DNA of 64,000 nt from Octopus vulgaris. Lineage: Eukaryota. The notes under the pieces were generated by a model that ran no database searches, was not told the origin of the DNA, and saw nothing but the letters and a program-made list of their open reading frames with translations. The stretch is taken from positions 49,724,001 to 49,788,000 of the forward strand of contig OX597835.1 in NCBI GenBank assembly GCA_951406725.2, read 5' to 3'. Shown piece after piece: positions 55,680 through 64,000 of the stretch (position 1 is its first letter; every line of letters begins with the position of its first letter). Both the position numbers and the translations under genes were made by a program.

Positions 55680-55827
55680 GTAGTTTTATTTTTATAGCGT
55701 GCTTTCACTTCACTACCGAGCACAGCTCTGTGTGCCTTGGGTATGTGCTGTGATTTGTTGTGATGCTCTGATGGTTATTGTATGGAAAGTGTTCTGCGTA
55801 GGATGTGTGCAGTGCCTAGTAGTGCAA

Positions 55828-55903
<76 letters not shown>

Positions 55904-56285
55904 ACAGACTGTATTTTTAGGCAAATTTCTACTGCATCACCTGCTGCACCTCCGTGTTGCTGGGGTGTGTGCAGCTTTGGGTGTTCTTTTTTTGTTGATG
56001 TTGAGGGAGTGTAAAAACTCTTCCTGGTATTGTATTGCGTCAGCTTCTTTTGTCATGGCGTTTGGTGCACTCATTTGTTGTAGTTGTGTTTGCATTGCGT
56101 GTTGTGTGTGTCGTGCGAGTTGTGTTCTTCTGCTGGGTTCATTTTATTGGATATTTACTGTGTCTGCGGATTGCTTTGTTTGAGTTGTATTTTTGAATTG
56201 ATAGTGTCTCGCATACGATGTGGGATCTTCCTAGCAGGGCTAATTTTGGACAGAATGTAGTGTTGAAGGTCCATGTATAGCTTCT
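55680..56285 (-). mobile_element. Two R4/Dong-type 3' ends (55680-55830 and about 55905-56285)
   Basis: The - strand reads IALLGTAHILRRTLSIQ* and LALLGRSHIVCETLSIQ; each runs into (TAA)n. Confidence 0.75.
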
Positions 56286-56313
56286 ACGATTTTGATTATT
56301 GCCATTATTATTA

Positions 56314-56445
56314 AGGCGACCTGCGGGCAGAATCGTTAGCACAAAGACTCTTCGCAATATTTCTTCTGACTTTGCGTTCTGAGATCAAATTCCGCTGAGC
56401 TCGACTTTGCGTTTTTTAGATCGATGAAATAAGCAGTACTGAGTC
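56314..56445 (+). mobile_element. MetaSINE-like SINE, 3'-truncated next to the LINE end
   Basis: ggcagaatcgttagc...gttctgagatcaaattcc...tcgactttgc...tcgatgaaataag. Confidence 0.7.
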
Positions 56446-56459
56446 TTAAAATTACGCTG

Positions 56460-59400
56460 AGCAGAGTATAAAGAAAGGATGTTATCGGCAGTCAGAGATA
56501 CCCCAAAAGTGGCTGAAACAATAGAATTCAAAGAGGGAAAATAACAGAGCAAAAAAATATGGAAAGAAGAGGAATTGCACAAAAATTCGCGTTTACAAAT
56601 AAAACCATTAAAATTAACAACAAAAATTTAACAATAAAATAACCCAAGAGGCGGGAGTTCACCCAAGGAAACCCATACCTCCTGGTCACCCCGACTGCCG
56701 AGGGTACCTCAGGCAGGTACCTCTCCCCTCAACCCCTCCGTTTTACAAGCGTATATTCAGAAGAGGCCCATTCAGACGGGTTATCCTCGCCACATCCACT
56801 CACCTTTCAATAAAAATACTGGTGGGTGAGGGAACATTTCTCTCTCCATCCTCACGTTCCTTTTCACGTGGAACTTGAAAAGATCGATGAGGGCTTGGCC
56901 GAAGGGTACCATATCTGTCTTCAGTCCTTTCAACTTCGTCCCCACAAAACCTTTCTCGCCATCGCCACCAGACAAAGAAAAACTACCTTCCCATGACGGT
57001 CAAAAGAAAGCGGCGGAGCGATGGATTTTGCTCATATATCCGGATCCGTCCTACATGCATAAACTGTTCGACAAAGTTCCACAAGTCAGCAATGCCCGCG
57101 TGCTGGACGAGGGCATTCAAAAAAGTTTCATCGCTCTGCGTACATATCGGACACGTCCATCTGACAGCACTTCTGTGCTTGTAAAGCTTGCCTCGAACTG
57201 GTAGAACCCACCGATAGCACTGCCAGTTCAGAGATTTCTAGAAATTGTCCATTGGTCTCGGCCTGAAAGTCCCCTGGGAAAGGGGAGCTAATTGATAACT
57301 CCTGACGCCCAGAGAATCCCCCGAGAATGTCATCGCTCCAACTTGATCAGCCACGTTCAGGCGGTAGTAAATGACGGAAGCGATGCATACATTCGCCACC
57401 TCTGCCCGACCCTTCAGACACAGCTTCCTCTCTGCCTATTTCTGGGGGAGACAGGCCAACCAGCTCCTCACTATCTCCCGGTTCTTGCCCACCTGGAAGT
57501 CCAGACCACACCAAACACCGAGCAATTTATCCTGTCCTTCTATCCAACGCCCTACGAGGCATGGACTTGTCTCTTCCAGGTGCCAAGTTGCAGGCCCACT
57601 TACTTCTACTGGTTAATATTTACTTCTGCCGCCGCTTCATACTCCCTTAGGGCACTGCTGATCACCTCTGTTTTGAGATGTCCATCATTATTACGGTGAC
57701 GTCGTCTGCATAAGCTGACACAAACCTTCCGCAACTTAGACCACGCGGCATGCCCCTCCAAACATCTAGCTTCCTTAGCAATGACTCGAGAGCCACTACG
57801 TACATAAGAGGTGACCGTGAGCATCCGTAACGGACAGAACGTACAATATTAAACAATTCTGATCAGTGGCCATTTACTTTGACAACCGAAGAGATTTTGC
57901 TGTACATGGCTTCGATCCAGCCTCTGAAAATGAGACCGAAACCGGCCGCCGAGAGGACAACTTCCAAGTATTGGTGGCTAACCCTATCAAATGCATTGAA
58001 CCAAATTGTTCAGGGCCCCACCCATGCTAGGTTCTTTTCCTACCCTCTCTATGATGTAACTCATGAGCTGGTGGCTGTGAATAGATCTGTTTGGGATAAC
58101 ATATACATGCGCGTTACCGCCCAGCCAATCGACAAGCGCCAACCTCTTGGCTAACACCTTGGACAAAATCTGTGTTCAGCAGAGTTATGGGCCTCGAATT
58201 GTCTATTTGGTCCTCCTTGTTCAGGTCCTTTCTCAGCAGCACCACCATATCACGGCTCTCAGCACTGGGAATTCTCCCGTTCTGCTGCCAGTTGCGTTAG
58301 ACATCCGCCGAGGGATCACTGAACAAGTCTGGCATACGAAAATAAAACTCCACGAGCAGACCATTCTCCTTTGTGCAGCTAGTCTTTGCATCACGTATGT
58401 TTTTGGTTGTTATCGGCATTTCGCGGGACTCCACATCCCGAACCGAAAGGCACGGCGTGCCGCCAAGGTAGGAGGTGAAATCCACACCCGTCTCCGACTC
58501 ACCACCTCTGTCACCTGGGCCCATCGAACGGCTTTCACTCCCTCATGTCCTAGCGCACGCACCCTAGTTCTGACAACGCAACCTTTGTGCTTAGCATTGA
58601 AGAATTGATCAACAGCCAATATCATCGCCAGCACATCAGCTGCTAAGCCTCTTCCAAGTACCTCTGCTAGCTTTCTAACTGGGTATCATTCTATCCTAGT
58701 TTCCTCTAACACTAAAATCTCTTTACTAAATCCTACTGCCTCATCTCTAATAGCCCTTTTCAGGGCTATCCATAATCGGTTGTTGATATTTGCACCCGAC
58801 AAGTTTCGATAGACAAACTTGCTAACCCGGGCTCTGAACGCTTGAAGCACCGGGAAGGACGCGTTCAGTTTCCAATATTCGGAACCCTGCCAATGGATCC
58901 TTTCTAACCGAAGACCTTGAATTGTGGATAGTTTATGCTACTTCTGCCTACAGGCCTCCAAAATACTGTCTATACAAACAGTTGTTTGCCCATATTCACA
59001 TTGGCACATACGGAAAATCCAGTGGGTACCTATCAGCAAAATGGAAGCGGCTGAATAGACTTGTGAGGTTTTTGCTCCCCCATCTTCTATCGGCTAGCCC
59101 CACCCTATCGTGCGTCCAAGATGGTATTCCAGTCGCCCACTAAAGAGCAAGAGGTTCCAAGGAAAATCTCCAAACATCTGGAGAAATCTTGCCGCCCCAG
59201 CCCAGCGAGTTGATTAATCTAATAGTACCACCTTCCAGGATCACCAACGTAACGTCTTGTCCAAGATCATCCGTATCTCGAGATCCAGGGTTTTCCTTAA
59301 CAACATTTCCACCCCGGCTCCCATTCCAGGTTGAACCAGAGATGCGTAGATCTTAAAGTTGCCAAAAATGTTGACTAGTGTACGCATTTCGAAACCCTGG

Positions 59401-61010
59401 TCTCACCTGTGGTAATCACATCCAACTCTAACGACCTTGATTCCAGAACAACCCCAGGTCACGAACATTTATACAACCTACTTTAATAATTGACATGTTG
59501 GCTGAAAAGTTTTGAGAGAAAGGAAAAGAGAGAATTTACTTACCCTTCCGATGTTATTGGTGGCCGGGTGGCCCGACCTCCGCCTCTAATTGGGGTTTAG
59601 CTGGGAACCCCTTTAAAAGTCTGTTGGTGGATTTTACATTAGTTCTCACGTTGTAGAGGAAAACACCCCCGAATGTTTTTTATATATATTGTTCGTGGTT
59701 TGCGTATTAACAATAGCTCTTCCGGCGCTTTAAGAATGTTGGTGTCATATATTGCAGCCCTTCGTTCAATCTTTTTATTTCGAGCCATTAAAGTCATCAA
59801 ATCTTTGTTGGTTCTCCTCACAAGCACGAAATTCGGAGTTTCATGTGAATGAATTCTCTGTTGTAAGTCTTCTTTTTAGGGTGAGGGGGGATTGTGATAA
59901 TGTTGGTTGTGCTGGTGGTTGCAGCGTTGGTTGCGTTGACGGATCTGGAGCTAATGGGTTCGATGCTATTATCGATGTGACTGTGCCTCCTGCGATGGCG
60001 CCCTCCGCGTCCTCTGCTGTGTTCTTAATTTATGGAGCTTCTTGTCTTCATTTCGAGATGTGACGGAATTAGAGCCTGCGGAGTCCGTCCTAGAAATGAG
60101 TCGGTGTGTTTGTGTTTATATGGCTGTGAGAGTGTATTTGAGAGAGAGGGAGATAGAGGGCTGGGTTGGATAATGCCCGTGGGTGGTCGTCTCTGCCGAT
60201 GTTGGGGATGACGGTGGTGGTAATTGCTACTGGAACTGCTGCAGCTGCTACATTTGCTTTTGCTGCTTCTGCCGCCGATTCTTCCACCGCAGATGGAGCC
60301 TCCGTCGTCGTTGGTCGTCGGATTATTCCTTGCGACGCACTCGTCATTGTTGCTGCCTTGTTGTTGTAACAGTGGTTGCGATGTCAACACTGGGACCCTC
60401 CTTTCTCATCTTTTGTTTTTTGTTGTGTAGGTAGAATGCCTGTAGATGATACTTCATTCCACAGACGTAGCATCTCTGTCGCTTGCCCTCCATACTTACT
60501 CTTAACTCTCTTCCATTCGGCAAGGAGATCGGGTCTGGAATCCTCTCCAGTTGGTTTGGCTTTACATGGAGAAGCACGCACAGTGTGATCTCAATCCAGT
60601 TCTCCTACCTTGATCACTTAACCTCCAGGAGAGTTTTACTCTTACCACAAATCTAGTTGTGGTGGTACCCTTTGTATAGTAATTTTCACCGGATGAGTAT
60701 GAAGTCTTCACTACGACGAGCGGTCACCGAGTGCCGGATTGCCAGGGTTCCAGTCTTAAATAAGATTTCGACCCCGTCCAACTGTTTTGCCCTCGTTGTG
60801 TGGCTGGTGTTACGCCATGTCTCGTGTAGGGCTCTTTCAATCTGGACGTTCGTAACCGTTTCCATAGGTGGACACTTGAAGCTAGTACATTATTTTTCTG
60901 GCTGTAGGAGACGGAACCAGCTCTGCCCTTTGCCCCTCGATTTTTATAAATTTAGCCGCATTCGACAATTTAGAGGCTTTATCCTCGAGGGAGAGAGTTC
61001 AAGTCCACAA
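56460..61010 (-). mobile_element. Decayed Tx1/L1-clade non-LTR retrotransposon (ORF1 and ORF2)
   Basis: ORF1 zinc-knuckle remnant RVSMEGKRQRCYVCGMKYHLQAF (about 60430-60500). ORF2 starts MSIIKVGCINVRDL at 59496 (APE endonuclease); YWKLNAS at about 58870. RT motifs DRVSHQYL and SVRYGCSRSPLMYVVALESLLRKL...VSAYADDVTV at 57700-57990. Many stops and frameshifts. Confidence 0.9.
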
Positions 61011-61344
61011 AAGTAAACATTACTACTGTTGTTGTTGGCCGCGTTTTAACTGCTGCTGCTGTTACTACTACCACTACTACTACTCCCACTTTGCTTTTTC
61101 TATCAACGTTGCTACTGCTGTCACCATTGTTGCTGCCGCTGCTGCTGCTGCTGCTGCTGCTGCTCCCGCCGCTACACGAGATGGACTTTGACATGTAATC
61201 ATCTCCGTAATCACCACGGCCAGAAAGTACTAGACAGCTGGAAAAAATGGATAGCATGGTTACCGTAGGCTGTAGGTAGTAAGTCCGCTACGGATGCAAG
61301 ACTCCAGGAGTTCCGACAAAATCTGTGATAAAAAAAAAAATAAT

Positions 61345-62185
61345 AATTAAGAAAGAGAATGAACGATTAAAAAATACATTCCCTTAAAGTTTGAAATTGT
61401 AAGAATTTGGAGCATGGAAACTTTAAAGGTTGTGCCTATAATAATTTGTGCATTGGGAAATGTAAGCAAAGATGTAGATAAATGGCTGAAGGAGATTGAA
61501 ATAGAATGCTGGGTAGATCTTCTGCAGAAAGTTTGCATCTATAGGATAGGAAAGATTATAAGGAGGATTTTAAGTACTTGAAAGACTATTGAAAGCTTGT
61601 GGATACCTAAGGTTATAAGTAGTAAGCCGCTACCCCCATAAATCCGAACCTGAGCCAAACCATAATAATAATAAGACCGAACCAAGCAATAATAATGATA
61701 ATAATTTGTCCGCATGCAGCAAACCTTCTACGCCTGGAAGGTTCCAGGAGTTCAGACAAAATTTGTTATGAAGAGAAAATAATAATAGAAAGTAACAGAC
61801 TAGAAATCACATTTATAGAAAAAGAAAAGCGAAGTTGTTTACTGATGGAGCCATCACGCGTTCGATTCCAGAAGTGTAAAGGGAGAGGACGAAAAGCAAA
61901 AACAAAATAATACAATCCCTAAAGATTTGAAATAGGAAGAATAAGAATTTGGTCGTGCCTGTAATAATTGGGGCGTTGGGGGACAGTAACCTGGCTGAAA
62001 GAGATTGGAATAGAATGCTCGGTAGAGCCCCTACAGAAGGTTTGTCTCTTAGGGACAGCAAGTATTGTCAGGAGGGTTCTAAACACTTGAAAGACTTGTG
62101 GATACCTGAGGTTACAGGTAGCAACCCGCTGCCCACATAATTTCTTCAAGGAATAAGACCGATCCCGAGCCAAACCAAAATGATA
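61345..62185 (+). mobile_element. Two tandem R4/Dong-type 3' ends
   Basis: KKYIPLKFEIVRIWSMETLKVVPIIICALGNVSKDVDKWL...LLQKVC and VVPVIIGALG; shared UTR ttgtggatacct[a/g]aggtta...ccgct.cc.cataa...ataagaccga. Confidence 0.8.
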
Positions 62186-62189
62186 ATTC

Positions 62190-62400
62190 TTTTACTCGTT
62201 TACTTGTTTCGGTGATTAGACTGCAGCCATGCTGGAGCACCGCCTTGAGAAATTTAGTCGAACGAATCGACTCGACACTTTATTTTAAACCTGGTACTTA
62301 TTCTATCAGTCACTTTAGCCGAACTGCTAATTTATGGGCACAGAAGCATACCAACACCTCTTGTCAAGCGGTGGTGGGGAACAAACAAAGACATACACAC
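62190..62400 (-). mobile_element. OR-like SINE, 3' half
   Basis: Reverse complement of the tail ggcggtgctccagcatggctgcagtc...gaaacaagtaaa. Confidence 0.75.
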
Positions 62401-62412
62401 GTACACACATAT

Positions 62413-62454
<42 letters not shown>

Positions 62455-62473
62455 GATGATGATGATGATGATG

Positions 62474-62513
<40 letters not shown>

Positions 62514-62569
62514 ATAATAATAATAAATAATAATAAATAATAATGATAATAATGATGATGATGATGATG

Positions 62570-62615
<46 letters not shown>

Positions 62616-64000
62616 GGGGGACGTTTAATAAGAGAACACCGGGGACGTTTAACATGTGAGAGCGATAAAACAGTGCTCCGAAATCTATCCACAAACATCG
62701 GAAACAAAGACATCGCATGGAGCCAAAAAATAACTGACTATATCCGAGTAAGTAATACTCATTGAAATTTATTGCTATTTTCCAAACGAAATGATGTATT
62801 TTAACTCGATATCATCTCCAACCATGTAAACATGATTGATACATTACGATCCATCAATAACATATCATCTCCGGCCCCAAACACCACGTACAAAAATACT
62901 ACGAATAAATTAAATAACACCGGTATTATTCAACCCAAGAATAACAATCGGGAAGTACGTACTTTGAACCTGTTACATAAAAAGTACGAAAAACTACACA
63001 AGCAAAACAATGTGACAACAGAAAGGAACGGACCGGTACCCTACGAAAATGACGTGAGGAATACATTTCTATCCTACATGTTTACTTTACAGCAGTGCTC
63101 TACCCAAAGAACGAAAACACAACAACATATACATATAAAATATGGAAGAAAAATAACATAAATAAAGACTTGGATACAGCAATGAACCCTAATAAACTAG
63201 CTAACATACGAAGATATATTCTCAACGCAAAAAAATATCAGAAATAGAAATAGAACATTTAAAAGAAAAAATACATCAGGAAAATGTAGATAGAAGCCAC
63301 ACAACAATGCCAAATAATATAAACGCTGAGATAGTAAAACACGAAGACAAACGTAACATTTCCAACGAAAACGATGTAAACAAAAAACAACGAAACCAGA
63401 CCGTAAGGATACATAATAATGCACGAAAAGCAGCAAGCCAAAACACGACAGACAAACATACGAATGAGAAAGAAAGCGACACAAATCTAAAACCTGAAAA
63501 CAACGAAGGGGAGCCTAATGATTATGATACTATAAAAAGTAGAATAAAACAGATCTAAAAATAGACCACCGACCATACCTCCCAAAAATCAAAATAGACA
63601 AAAAACAACATCAATTATAAACAGCATAAACCTAGCCGTCTCAGAACTAATAGCCACTGAAACAAATAGCGATATCACTGAGCTAAATGACTTAGTATAT
63701 GCAGCAGCCACTGCGGCCATAAAAGAAGCTGGATACTCCCTCAAACCCATCCAAATGGGAGTACCACCACCCAAACAAACCCTGTGGATAAATAACATTA
63801 AAAAAAAGATCTGTCGATTCTTAATGAAATCAGTAGACAAGCAACGCTACTAAGCAACAAAAAGAAAACAAAAATACTGTGCAAATACAGCATCACAGAA
63901 AAAGATTTACCTGAGATAAAAGAAAAGCTAAAGCAAGATATCCTTGCCAAAGCACAAAGGATTCGCATGTATGAGAAACGCCAACGGTTCTTTGAACAAA
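62616..64000 (+). mobile_element. 5' portion of an R4/Dong-type LINE, running off the window
   Basis: Begins right after (TAA)n. Frameshifted ORF: REEYISILHVYF...KIWKKNN...NKLANIRRYILN...RPYLPKI...ITELNDLVYAAATA...LWINNIKKKI...IKEKLKQDILAKAQRIRMYEKRQRFFEQ, typical of the region before the RT in this clade. Confidence 0.75.

Overview
AT-rich eukaryotic genomic DNA, saturated with microsatellites. The SINE/LINE repertoire and simple-repeat load point to an octopus (coleoid cephalopod), but that is inferred from repeat content. The only host gene I can support is a + strand Collier/Olf/EBF (COE) transcription factor. Four internal coding exons are visible: 16299-16425, 17132-17220, 20709-20901 and 26742-26885. 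They encode the end of the IPT/TIG domain, HLH helix 1, a single helix 2 and the Ser/Gly-rich C-terminal region, with AG/GT splice sites in matching phases. I found neither the upstream DNA-binding-domain exons nor the terminal exons. The rest of the window is simple repeats, many tRNA-derived SINEs, a decayed Tx1/L1-type LINE (about 56.5-61.0 kb, - strand), a cluster of R4/Dong-type LINE pieces in (TAA)n tracts (52.9-64 kb), RTE remnants, one hAT MITE and Penelope-like termini in (TA)n. The most notable structure is a perfect 64-bp-arm palindrome at 43714-43844; a type I hammerhead ribozyme fold spans its junction and right arm. Nearly all ORF-track entries are microsatellite artefacts. Repeat boundaries are approximate unless stated otherwise.
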